Of a stretch of DNA of 24,000 bases, positions 9,025 to 23,121 are shown piece by piece; the stretch's first letter is position 1, and every line of letters starts with the position of its first letter. The position numbers were made by a program, and so were the translations under genes. The stretch is from contig NZ_JAHMHK010000006.1 in the NCBI RefSeq assembly GCF_018913985.1, positions 19,494 through 43,493 of the forward strand. Reading direction: 5' to 3'. The notes under the pieces were generated by a model. That model was not told the DNA's origin. It searched no databases and was given only the letters and a program-made list of their open reading frames with translations. Source of the stretch: Mycoplasma zalophidermidis. GTDB taxonomy: Bacteria > Bacillota_I > Bacilli_A > Mycoplasmatales > Metamycoplasmataceae.

Positions 9025-9926
9025 TGCACCAAGAACATTATTCAGTTTTATTGCATGAAACTATTGAAGTCATTAATGTTAAACCAGACGGTATTTACGT
9101 TGATTTAACATTAGGAATGGGCGGACACTCAAGCCTAATTCTGCAAAAACTCACCACAGGTCGTTTGATCAGTTTTGACAAGGATGTTTTCGCGATAGAA
9201 AAAAGTCGCGAGCGTTTAAGTAAAATTGGTCATAATTTCACACTAATTCATTCAGATTTTCAAAATATTACTGACGAATTAGCAAAACTTGGAATCGATC
9301 ACGTGGACGGTATTATTGCAGACTTAGGAATTTCATCACCACAAGTTGACAACAGTCAAAGAGGTTTTAGTTATAACAAAGATGCTAAACTAGACATGAG
9401 AATGGATCAAACTCAAACCCTTGATGCTCATTACATTATTAATAATTATGATGAGGATGAATTATGTCGAATCTTGCACGATAACGCAGAGGTTAAACTT
9501 GCTAAGCGAGTTGCGAATGCCATCATTGCAAATCGACCTATTGATACCACATTACAATTTGCTGATGTGATCAGATCTAGCTTGCCAGCTAAAGTTGTAA
9601 AGGTCAAAAATCCTTGCAAAGCTATATTTCAAGCTATTCGTATCGAGGTAAACAATGAGCTTGGTTCGTTACAAAAAATGCTAGAACAAAGCATAAAATT
9701 GTTAAAACCAAATTCATCTTTGGCAATAATTACATTTCATTCGATAGAAGATCGCATTGTTAAACGATTTTTCGGTAATTTAACAAAATCAAAATTACCT
9801 GTTAAAATGCCGGTTTTAGAAAAGAAAGAATTTGGAGTCAAAGTTGTTGACCCATCAAAAAACGAATTAGTTCAAAACAAGCGCTCAAGAAGCGCTAAAC
9901 TAAGAGTTTTAACCAAATATATTTAA
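9024..9926 (+). CDS. rsmH: 16S rRNA (cytosine1402-N4)-methyltransferase RsmH (MraW)
   Basis: The protein is 300 aa. HYSVLLHETIE...YVDLTLGMGGHS...DLGISSPQVD...SFHSIEDRIVK is the classic RsmH signature. The gene sits second in the dcw cluster. Confidence 0.95.
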   Translation: MHQEHYSVLLHETIEVINVKPDGIYVDLTLGMGGHSSLILQKLTTGRLISFDKDVFAIEKSRERLSKIGHNFTLIHSDFQNITDELAKLGIDHVDGIIADLGISSPQVDNSQRGFSYNKDAKLDMRMDQTQTLDAHYIINNYDEDELCRILHDNAEVKLAKRVANAIIANRPIDTTLQFADVIRSSLPAKVVKVKNPCKAIFQAIRIEVNNELGSLQKMLEQSIKLLKPNSSLAIITFHSIEDRIVKRFFGNLTKSKLPVKMPVLEKKEFGVKVVDPSKNELVQNKRSRSAKLRVLTKYI

Positions 9927-9947
9927 AAATAGATAAAGGAGTGGCTT

Positions 9948-11102
9948 ATGAAGAATTTTTTAGTAACTTTTCAAATAAACAAAGAATTCGTACAAGCTAG
10001 TGTTGTAACTAATACATCACTAGGTTTTAGCACACTCCTAGATATTTCGAAACGCAACAATAATTTTACTGATTTGGTGTGTTTAATTGATGAAATAAAG
10101 CTTTTTATCAATAAAAACGTGAACACTAAAAAAAGCAAAATTAAATATTCATTAATAATTCAAGATGCATTGTTTGACGTTCAGGTTCTCTATAATTCTC
10201 ATTCACAAAAACTAAACGGAAAAGTAGAAAATGAACACAAAACAGTCTTTGATGAATACTTAACTACATCTAGAAATAATCCTGACTATTACACATTAAA
10301 TTATGCTCCATACATGTTTGAAGTATTAAATAATAGCGAAAGTAAGAAATATGCTTTTTTCCCAGCAAACAAATTGGGACAAAAACTAATTACTTACTAT
10401 AGTCTGGTTTTAATCAAAAGAAGTGATGCTAATTTTACAAATATTTTAAACCTATTCAATAGTAAAAATATTGAATTAATTCAAATTATACTAGAATCAC
10501 AATCTTTAATAACTAGTCAAAATAAGAAGACTCATTCGGTATTAGTACAAATGAATTTCAATACAATTTCTATCACCGGATTCTTCAATAGTATCGTCTT
10601 ATATAAAGAAAATAAATTGTTAAATTTCAATGAAGTATTTAACAAAATTGGACGTAGTTTAAATATGAGTAAAGATATGGCTTCTGCTTATTTTAAAGCA
10701 GTAATCGCTAATTGAAAATATTATTCAACGATACAAGATACTGCGTCGACTGAATCAATAATTTTCGGAGTTTGTGAAAAAATGCTTCGTAAAATCGTTG
10801 ATGAAATCGAAAAACAGCATCAAATCCACTACAATAAAGAACAATATGTTGAATACGTCATTTCAGGTTCACAAGCTGGCTTATTGAAACATCTAATGAC
10901 TAAAGAAAAACAATATAATGTCAGCACGTATGAACAAATTCCGGTCGAACAAAATATCTTGCCAGCAAGTCACTATGGTGCTTGTTTAATGGTGGACGAA
11001 AAAATAAATACAAATTTAATTGAAACATTAAATGATATTGATGATTTTAAACAAAACAAAAATGTATTTCAAAAATTTATTAGCCTATTTAAAAATGCTT
11101 AG
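9948..11102 (+). CDS. Divergent FtsA-like (actin-fold) cell-division protein with degenerate nucleotide-binding motifs
   Basis: Pieces 9948..10715 and 10782..11102 are in one frame across the TGA at 10713 (384 aa), with RBS AAGGAG. The gene lies between rsmH and ftsZ. Colinear FtsA-like blocks are VLVQMNFNTISITGF (versus DIGGGTT), NEVFNKIGRSLNMSKDMASAYFK and YVISGSQAGLLKHL. The C-terminal amphipathic helix is NVFQKFISLFKNA. Confidence 0.55.
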
Positions 11103-11114
11103 AAAGGAGTCAAC

Positions 11115-12224
11115 ATGGATTTAAATACCAAAAAAATTACAATTAAAGTTATTGGTATTGGTGGTGCCGGTGGAAACATGGTTAACTCACTAGTAGATGA
11201 AAATCTAGAAAATGTTGAACTCTTTGTTGCTAATACAGATAATCAAGATTTGATTAAAAACCGAGTAGAAAATAAAATTCAACTAGGTAATGATACAGCA
11301 GGTCTTGGTACCGGAGGTAACCCAGAAATTGGGGCCCAGTGTGCCAATGAATCTTTGGAAGAGCTAGATAAAATAATTAATAATACTGATTTACTAATTT
11401 TAGTTGCCGGTTTAGGTGGCGGGACAGGTACCGGGGCTACTCCGGTGATTGCTGACTACGCTAAAAAACAAGGAATATTAACATTAGCAATCGTAACAAC
11501 GCCTATGGAAGAATTGGAGGGAAGTCGTATTTGCGCTGTGGCCAGCCATGGCCTTAGAGAAATAAAAGACTCTGTAAATTCTTACATGGTAATTTCAAAC
11601 GAAAAGCTGATGAAACAAAATATAAATCTCCCTTTAACAGCTTCATTCCAACAAGCAAATGTCTGTGTACGTGACACAATCGAATTAATTAACTCAATAG
11701 CAAATTCAACTGGCTTTATAAATATTGATTTTAATGATATTAAACAAGTTTTATCTAAGGGTGGGAAAATAACAACCACCACTGGAAAATCCAATGGTGA
11801 TCAGCAAATACAAAAAGCAATGGATTTGATTTCAAATTCAAATCAATTTGTTGATAAACCACAATCTTTTGGAAGTATCATATTACATTTTCAAGTTGGA
11901 AAATCAACATCGTATGGTGATTTATTAACGTTAAAAAAAGAAATTTTAAATCATTATGGAATTGATGAAACAGTCGATACTCAAATGGGAATTGACAACG
12001 TTATGAAAAATGATTCACGTGACGAATATTTTAAATTTAGCATTATATTAACTGAATCAAATGATAATAAAGTTAATAAACTTGAACAAGATTCATCAAC
12101 AAAAACTGATTCACTTGATGATGAAATTAATGAAATTACAAGCGGAATAAATCTAATTGGTGATAATGATATCGATACAACATTCGAAAATTCTAATAAC
12201 ACCGATCCTCTTCCCGAATTTTAA
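11115..12224 (+). CDS. ftsZ: Cell division GTPase FtsZ
   Basis: The protein is 369 aa. Motifs are IKVIGIGGAGGNMVN, the tubulin signature GLGGGTGTGATPVIA, and the T7 loop NIDFNDI. An N/D-rich linker leads to a terminal DPLPEF peptide. The RBS is AAAGGAG. Confidence 0.95.
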   Translation: MDLNTKKITIKVIGIGGAGGNMVNSLVDENLENVELFVANTDNQDLIKNRVENKIQLGNDTAGLGTGGNPEIGAQCANESLEELDKIINNTDLLILVAGLGGGTGTGATPVIADYAKKQGILTLAIVTTPMEELEGSRICAVASHGLREIKDSVNSYMVISNEKLMKQNINLPLTASFQQANVCVRDTIELINSIANSTGFINIDFNDIKQVLSKGGKITTTTGKSNGDQQIQKAMDLISNSNQFVDKPQSFGSIILHFQVGKSTSYGDLLTLKKEILNHYGIDETVDTQMGIDNVMKNDSRDEYFKFSIILTESNDNKVNKLEQDSSTKTDSLDDEINEITSGINLIGDNDIDTTFENSNNTDPLPEF

Positions 12225-12229
12225 CTACT

Positions 12230-12254
12230 GGGTGCTTAAAGGCATCCTTTTTTT
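12230..12254 (+). terminator. Rho-independent terminator after ftsZ
   Basis: The stem gggtgc (12230-12235) pairs with gcatcc (12242-12247) with one G-U pair and a 6-nt loop. A T7 run follows at 12248-12254. Confidence 0.6.
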
Positions 12255-12362
12255 ATTGCGTTTTTCAGTAAAAAATATTTAAAAATGACTATATATGCTC
12301 TGGTTGTGCTTTATTTTTGTTCTATTTTTTATATAATTAAATTTAAAACTAAAGGAGATAAA

Positions 12363-13067
12363 ATGCATAGATTTTTTGTCAATGAAAAAATAGGTAACAC
12401 ATTTAAACTAGATGACCAAACATTACACCATATCAGGGTTGCTCGTCTTAGCAAAGACATTTTTTTAATAAACTTTCAAGGTGAATTTTATGAATGCCAA
12501 CTTGAAACTGATACAAATTTAGCTCGAATCATTCGTAAGATTAATATAAACCATGAATTTAATAATAATTTGATTTTAGCTGCTCCAATAATTAAACCAG
12601 AACGTTTTGAATGAATGTTAGAAAAAAGTGTTGAGTTGGGTGTAAAGAAAATAATTCCTATGATATCTCAATATTGCAACCACAAATTAATCAATTCAAG
12701 TTTTAGTGATAAAAAATATATACGATACCAAACAAAAATAAAAGAGGCTGCTCAACAATCATTTAGAAATATTATTCCCGATATAACAAAACCTCAAAAA
12801 TTAGAACATATTGTTAATGATTATTTAAACCAAAACTACACAATTTATATTGCTTTAGAAACATTAGATGATTCTTTACAAACTAATTTTCTGGTAACTA
12901 ATTCAGTAATGATAGCTGGACCAGAAGGCGGATTTAAAGAAAATGAAATTGAATTTATCAAGAAAATAGCAAGCTCAAATGAAAATATTAAATTAATATC
13001 GCTGGGAACAAGAATATTGCGTGCCGAAACCGCTGCGATTACAATGCTTGCCAAGGTAAAGGAGTAA
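12363..13067 (+). CDS. rsmE: 16S rRNA (uracil1498-N3)-methyltransferase RsmE
   Basis: ATG 12363 follows AAAGGAGA. The sequence starts MHRFFV...HHIRVARL (PUA-like N-terminus). One TGA falls at 12612. The C-terminal SPOUT part reads MIAGPEGGFKENEIEF...LGTRILRAETAAI. The protein is 234 aa. Confidence 0.85.
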
Positions 13068-13071
13068 CACT

Positions 13072-13902
13072 ATGCCAGAAATGCCGGAAGTGACAACTGT
13101 AGTTAACGCCCTTCGCCCAATAATAAGTAATCAAACAATTAATAAGGTAGAAATTTATAAAGAAAAATTATTTCAGAATTGTACTTCTGAAGAGTTTAAA
13201 ATTTTTGTTCAAGGCGAAACGATTAAAGATATTTATAATCTTGGTAAGCACATTATTATCGAACTTAAAAACGAATTATTTATTTTAAACCATTTACGAA
13301 TGACTGGTAAATACGCTTTTTATCAAAAATATCACAATCCAAGTCTACACGATCATGTTGTTTTTCACTTGAGTAATGGATATTTATACTTTAATGATGC
13401 TAGGGCTTTTGCTACTTTCCATATTAAAAATAAAAATGAATTAATGAGCACAAAGCCATTATGTGATTTGGGAAAAGTCCCTGATGAAACTGATATAGAT
13501 TGACTTTTTGAAAAAGTTAAAAAACGAAGTGTTTCAATCAAAAATATATTATTAGATCAAAGTTTAATTTTGGGTATAGGAAATATATATGCTAACGAAG
13601 CATTATGAGAATGTCAATTACATCCTTCAACACCTGCTAATCAAATTGACAAAATAAAATTAGCGGAACTAATAAAATCGGCGGGGCAAATCATGAATCA
13701 CGCTACTGAATTAGGTGGTTCAAGCATTCAATCGTATTCTTCGCTTAATGGTAAAAAAGGCGAATACCAAAATTTATTAAAAGTTCATAATCGTGAAAAT
13801 TTAAATTGTTATCGATGCGATAGCAAAATACAAAAATATTGAGTAAGTAAACGAGGAACATATTATTGTCCGCAATGTCAAAAGGAGAGATATGATTTAT
13901 AG
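13072..13902 (+). CDS. mutM: Formamidopyrimidine-DNA glycosylase (Fpg/MutM)
   Basis: The N-terminus MPEMPEVTT carries the catalytic Pro2/Glu3. Also present are LGIGNIYANEALW (H2TH) and the C-terminal zinc finger CYRCDSKIQKYWVSKRGTYYCPQC. Several in-frame TGA codons are read as Trp. The protein is 276 aa and ends at TAG 13900-13902. Confidence 0.9.
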
Positions 13903-14125
13903 TATTGATTTACATGGTTTTTCAGTTGAAGAAGCAACTAGTCGTATTTTGCTTGCGTTGCAATATGCAGAAGAACAAGATTATGACTACTTAGATATAA
14001 TCACGGGTCACGGAACAGGAGCAATGAAAGTTACTGTCGAAAACCTTTTAAATGAAGAAAACTATGATTACTCAATCATTCGTGACGGATGCTATCGAGT
14101 CATAATTTATGACACATACTGATAA
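13892..14125 (+). CDS. Stand-alone Smr (small MutS-related) domain protein
   Basis: ATG 13892 lies inside the fpg 3' end (11-nt overlap), with RBS AAGGAGAG. The sequence IDLHGFSVEEA...DIITGHGTGAMKVTVENLL matches the Smr LDLHG / GxGxG pattern. The gene reads through the TGA at 14120 to TAA 14123-14125 (77 aa). Confidence 0.75.
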
Positions 14126-14258
14126 ATTGTGTAAAAATATCCAGATTTTTTAGAAAATAAAACTATTCTGTAACTTCTAATGTTTTATATCTTAAAAATC
14201 GCAATATTTGTAATAAAATATATACGAAATATTTTTAATATTATTACTAAGGAGAAAT

Positions 14259-14853
14259 ATGAAAAGAAAACTATTCTTAATGTTGGGGGGGGGTTGCCGC
14301 TACAATAACAACTTTACCGGCTATTGCCGCATCTTGTACTAAAGAAAATAAAAATTCAAAACAAGACGAAGGCAAAAAAACTAATGCTTCACAACTAGTA
14401 ACCATGTTAGATGAAAACAAAAAAACTAATGATGAGCCAGTTAGTGAAAAATCATCAGCTCAATACGAAGATATGGTCGACGTAGATTTATCAACATTTA
14501 AATTAACAATTGTTGAATCTCTGACTGAAAGCAATCTAGGTGATCACAAAGGTGTTAAACAAGTATTTATCAACACTTTCAATGGTGAAACTAAAATCAT
14601 TGGTAAATCTACAAGCAAAAAACCGTGAGAAGGTCCCACATTAGCTACAATGGAATTGCCAAAAGGTATTTCACTTGTGAACGCAGATAAACCACTATAT
14701 ATCAATAAAAAAGACAATTCAGCAAAAGGCAGCGGCTTTGTTACAGTTGTAAAGGACGCTAACGGATATTTAGCTAAATTTAGATTATTCAAATTCGATA
14801 AGGGTGGAAAACATAAAGTTTCAACCGTTGTATACTCAATGTACATTAAATAA
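14259..14853 (+). pseudogene. Small lipoprotein gene, out of frame as sequenced at a G9 tract in the signal-peptide region (probable phase-variable OFF state)
   Basis: RBS AAGGAGA precedes ATG 14259, encoding MKRKLFLML, followed by G9. The ATG frame stops at 14340-14342. The +1 frame continues as VAATITTLPAIAASC (lipobox) and then about 170 aa to TAA 14851-14853. G8 or G11 would restore one 197/198-aa lipoprotein. Confidence 0.7.
14285..14293 (+). repeat. Homopolymeric G9 tract (slipped-strand mispairing site)
   Basis: Nine consecutive G residues sit in an otherwise strongly AT-rich window. They lie between the signal-peptide n-region and the lipobox. Confidence 0.95.
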
Positions 14854-14862
14854 TTAGAATTT

Positions 14863-14895
14863 AAAACATCGGAATTTGATTTCGATGTTTTATTA
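14863..14895 (+). terminator. Rho-independent terminator of the lipoprotein gene
   Basis: The stem aaaacatcg (14863-14871) pairs with cgatgtttt (14883-14891). T-rich sequence follows. Confidence 0.65.
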
Positions 14896-14904
14896 ATTTG
14901 AATT

Positions 14905-14940
14905 AAAAAATCAAGCATGATTATTAATGCTTGATTTTTA
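14905..14940 (-). terminator. Terminator of rpoC (A-run/T-run flanked, potentially bidirectional)
   Basis: A 12-bp stem forms between aaaatcaagcat (14907-14918) and atgcttgatttt (14927-14938). It starts 4 nt after the rpoC stop and is flanked by A-runs and T-runs on both sides. Confidence 0.7.
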
Positions 14941-14941
14941 A

Positions 14942-19334
<4,393 letters not shown>

Positions 19335-19342
<8 letters not shown>

Positions 19343-22300
19343 TAAAACCTCCTATATTTGAATCGAAGTGTTGAATTGATAAATCTTCGTCATCAATTTC
19401 CACGTGATTAATATCTAATTTCATGCCTAAACCTCTTAGCTCGTATTTAAGCACATTGAATGATTCTGGAACACCAGGTTTTGGTAATTCTCTGCCAGAT
19501 GCTAATGCGGCATAAAGTTGGTTTCTACCGTTAATATCATCTGATTTATATGTCAATATTTCTTGAAGAATATTGGTTGCACCATAAGATTCAATAGCTC
19601 ATGTTTCCATTTCACCAAATCTTTGTCCACCGTTTTGCGATTTACCTCCAAGAGGTTGTTGGGTAATAAGAGAGTATGGCCCAACACTACGAGCGTGCAT
19701 TTTATCGTCAACCATATGGTTAAGTTTCAACATATACATAACACCAACTGAAACTGGGTTATCAAATTTTTCACCTGTTATCGGGTTAATCAAGATTTGT
19801 TTACCAGTCGCAGGCAATCCCGCTTCTTCAATAACATCATAAATTTCTTCTTTTTTAATACCGTCAAATACACGGGTAACAAATTTTGTTTTTAGGCTTC
19901 TAGCTGCCATACCTAAATGAATTTCTAGTACTTGACCAATATTCATACGAGATGGAACCCCTTGTGGGTTTAACATAACATCTACTGGCGTTCCGTCCTC
20001 TAAGTGTGGCATATCTTCTTCAGGTAAAACGATTGAAACAACACCTTTGTTACCGTGACGTCCACTCATTTTATCCCCGACTTTAATTTTACGTTTAACC
20101 GCAATTGAAACTTTAACAATTTTATCAATACCATCTTCTAATTGGTCCTTATTTTCGCGGCTTAAAATTTCGACACCAATAACGGTACCACCATGTCCAT
20201 TTTTAACTTTTAATGAAGTATCTTTAACTGCTTGTTGGCGTTGTTGAAGAACTGCTAACAACAATTTTTCTTCTTGTGTTGGGTTATCGTCGCCTTTAGG
20301 ACTAACTCTACCAACTAAGACATCGCCAGGAGCAACATCACTACCAACACGAACAATACCATGTTCATCTAAGTGACGAGTTGAGAATTTAGACACATTT
20401 GGAATATCGGCGGTCAATTCATCATCGCCCGCTTTTGAGGTTCTAAATTGAACAGTTTGTTCTTCAATATGAATTGAAGTGAAGACATCATCTTTAACTA
20501 ATCTTTCATTTAAGATGACGGCATCTTCATAGTTATATCCATTATAAGTTGAAAAGGCTACTAAGACGTTTTTACCAAGTGCTAATTCTCCATCTTTAAA
20601 TGATGAACCATCAACCAGTAAATCTCCTTTTTTAACTTCTTGTCCTTCTCTTACAAGCGGTTTTTGGTGAACGACTGTATCTTGGTTAGAACGTTGGAAG
20701 TTTTTAAGGTTATATGTATCAATACCTTTTTTATCATTTCTAATTTTAATTTTTTTGCCATCAACAAATTCAACAATACCATCGTTACGAGCAACAAAGT
20801 TGCCTGAAGAGTATTTAGCAATTTCTGCTTCAATACCAGTAGCAACAAATGGAGCTTCAGTTTCTAATAAAGGAACTGCTTGACGTTGCATGTTAGCACC
20901 CATAAGTGCACGGTTGGCATCGTCGTTTTCAAGGAAAGGAATACATCCAGCAGCCACCGAAACCATTTGGTTTGGAGCGACTTCAATAAAATCAATTTCA
21001 TCAGCAGTACCAATTTGATATGTGTAGTTGTGACGAATTGTTAATTGAGGGTCGATAATTCTATTGTTTTCATCAACTTTAACAGTTGATTGGGCAATTT
21101 TGTAACCCATTTCATCAGCCGCCGTTAAGTAAACAGGTTCAGAATAATCAACAATACCATTATCAACTCTAAAGTATGGAGTTTCTAAAAAACCAAATTC
21201 ATTTACTTTAGCATATGTGGCGAAGTTTAGAATCAAACCAATGTTTGGTCCTTCAGGAGTTTCAATAGGACAAATTCTTCCGTAGTGAGTTGCATGAACA
21301 TCCCGAACCTCAAATTGAGCAGTATCACGATTAAGACCTCCGGGTCCCAGAGAAGTGATACGTCTTTCATTTGATATTTCGGCAAGAGGATTAATTTGGT
21401 CCATGAATTGCGAAAGTTTTGATGAGTTAAAGAATGTTTTCATTTGGTTGGAAATTAGTTTGTTGTTTGTAACATTTTTTGGACTAACTTTATCCGGTTC
21501 TTTAGCACCCATTCTTTCACGAGTTGTTTTTTCTAATTTAGATAGACCTACTTTTAAGTTATTTTGAACTAATTCGCCTAACGAAACGATACGTTTGTTT
21601 GTTAATGCATCCGGATCATCATCTTGACCAATACCATCAAGTAAATTGAAGTAGTAGTTAATTGTAGCAATTAGGTCTGAAACAACTAAATGAGTTTCAA
21701 CTGCTTTAGGATCAGTACCAATAACTCTGACTGGTTCTTTCCCTTTTTCCATTCATTTCTTACTTGGGTAAACCTTAATAGAAATTATTTTATCTCTTCT
21801 TTTCAATGATGAATTGGCAGGATCGTTAAGTAATTTAGCGTAAACAACTTCAGGTTTAATGCATTTAAGTTTTTCTGAAGGTAATTTACCGTTATTGAAG
21901 TTTCACTGAATCAATACCGCTAATTTATGAGTAATTGTTTCACCAATTTCCAAATTAATTTCCTCACCATCTTTGTTTTGGATTGTCAGCGGTTGTGCCA
22001 AAATAGTTCCCGAAATACGGTCAACTAAGTTTAGCTTAATGTTTAACATATAACGGCCAGTTTGACTTAAATTATAGTGTTTTTTGTGGAATAAAAGTCC
22101 TGGGATTAAGTTAGAGATAGATTCGTCAGAAACACGATCTCCTTTTCTGATAGTTCTAAATAAATCATCTTGACAATTTTTAATAACTTCTTCGTGTGGT
22201 AAGTCGGTTGTTAATTTCTTGTCTTTTTTAATAGACTCTTCTAAGACATCTGATTTTCCAAATAAATCATAAATATCTTCATGAGTTAAACCAAGAGCAC

Positions 22301-22958
22301 CTAAAAATGTAATTATGTTGACATTTTTGTTTTTATCAATTTTAATTTTTACACTGTCAGGGTTTTTTGATGTAACTTTGTGAGAAATTTCAACTCATGA
22401 ACCTACACGAGGCAAGACTTCAACTTTGTTAAATAAGTCATCTGATTGTTTATTACGAACACCACGACCAAAATATGCTCCAGGCGAACGTATTAGCTGA
22501 CTAACGATAACTTTTTCACTACCGTTGATGATAAAACTACCACCCGAGGTCATTAATGGAATTTCACCTAAAAATACAGTATCTTCCTTAACTAGACCAT
22601 CTGATGTAGTTATAGCTTTAAACTTGCCATACAATTTACCTGCATAGTTTGTTCCTTTTACTTTAGCTTTCGTAACTTCATCATATTCCTTGGCTGGGAT
22701 TTCTAAAGTAGCACTATTGTGAATGTATTCAAGTGTTACTCCTTTGTTTGAAGATGAAATTGGGTAATGCTCTCTAATAGCTTCTTCAATACCAGATTTT
22801 TTAAATCACTCAAATGACTCTTTTGATGTTTTCAAAAAGTCTTGAACTTCATAAATATGTTTGGTTACTGAATAATCTCTACGTTTGGTCCCTGCACCAA
22901 ATTCGGTGACTTTGTATGGGTATTTGTTAACGTATTTTTTTGTAACTTTTTCTTCCAT
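19335..22958 (-). CDS. rpoB: DNA-directed RNA polymerase subunit beta
   Basis: Pieces 22395..22634, 19599..21752 and 19335..19556 are in one frame and joined by TGA. The gene runs from ATG 22958 (RBS AAGGAG) to TAG 19335 (1207 aa). Its end overlaps the rpoC start by 8 nt. Typical beta-subunit blocks are present ([32 protein letters not shown]). Confidence 0.97.
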
Positions 22959-22977
22959 AAAAACTCCTTTGTTAATG

Positions 22978-22986
22978 TGATATAAT
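22978..22986 (+). promoter_or_regulatory. Candidate extended -10 promoter (TGaTATAAT) pointing away from rpoB
   Basis: A perfect TGnTATAAT sits on the plus strand 20 nt from the rpoB start codon. It reads into the non-coding region toward the hairpin at 23091. A chance occurrence is possible in AT-rich DNA. Confidence 0.3.
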
Positions 22987-23044
22987 GCTACTGCATACTT
23001 ACTTTAAAGATTATGTGTAAGGCATAATTAGCAAATATATTAAT

Positions 23045-23053
23045 ATTGTATCA
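23045..23053 (-). promoter_or_regulatory. Candidate extended -10 promoter (TGaTACAAT) for rpoBC
   Basis: The minus-strand sequence TGATACAAT would give an rpoB 5' UTR of about 80 nt. No strong -35 box is present. Confidence 0.3.
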
Positions 23054-23090
23054 CTTTAAAAAAATAAAGTAAGTAGATTTCTATTTTTTC

Positions 23091-23121
23091 TTAGCGCAGT
23101 TTTGCGCTAATTTTATTTTTT
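23091..23121 (+). terminator. Orphan plus-strand intrinsic-terminator-like hairpin
   Basis: A GC-rich 8-bp stem forms between ttagcgca (23091-23098) and tgcgctaa (23103-23110) around a GTTT loop. TTTTATTTTTT follows on the plus strand only. There is no plus-strand gene for more than 8 kb upstream. Confidence 0.55.

Noticed and set aside
12285-12362. An N-terminal extension of rsmE (MTIYALVVLYFCSIFYIIKFKTKGDK) appears in the ORF track.
   Set aside because: It is translated promoter/5'-UTR sequence. The canonical RsmE N-terminus MHRFFV starts at 12363 right after AAAGGAGA.
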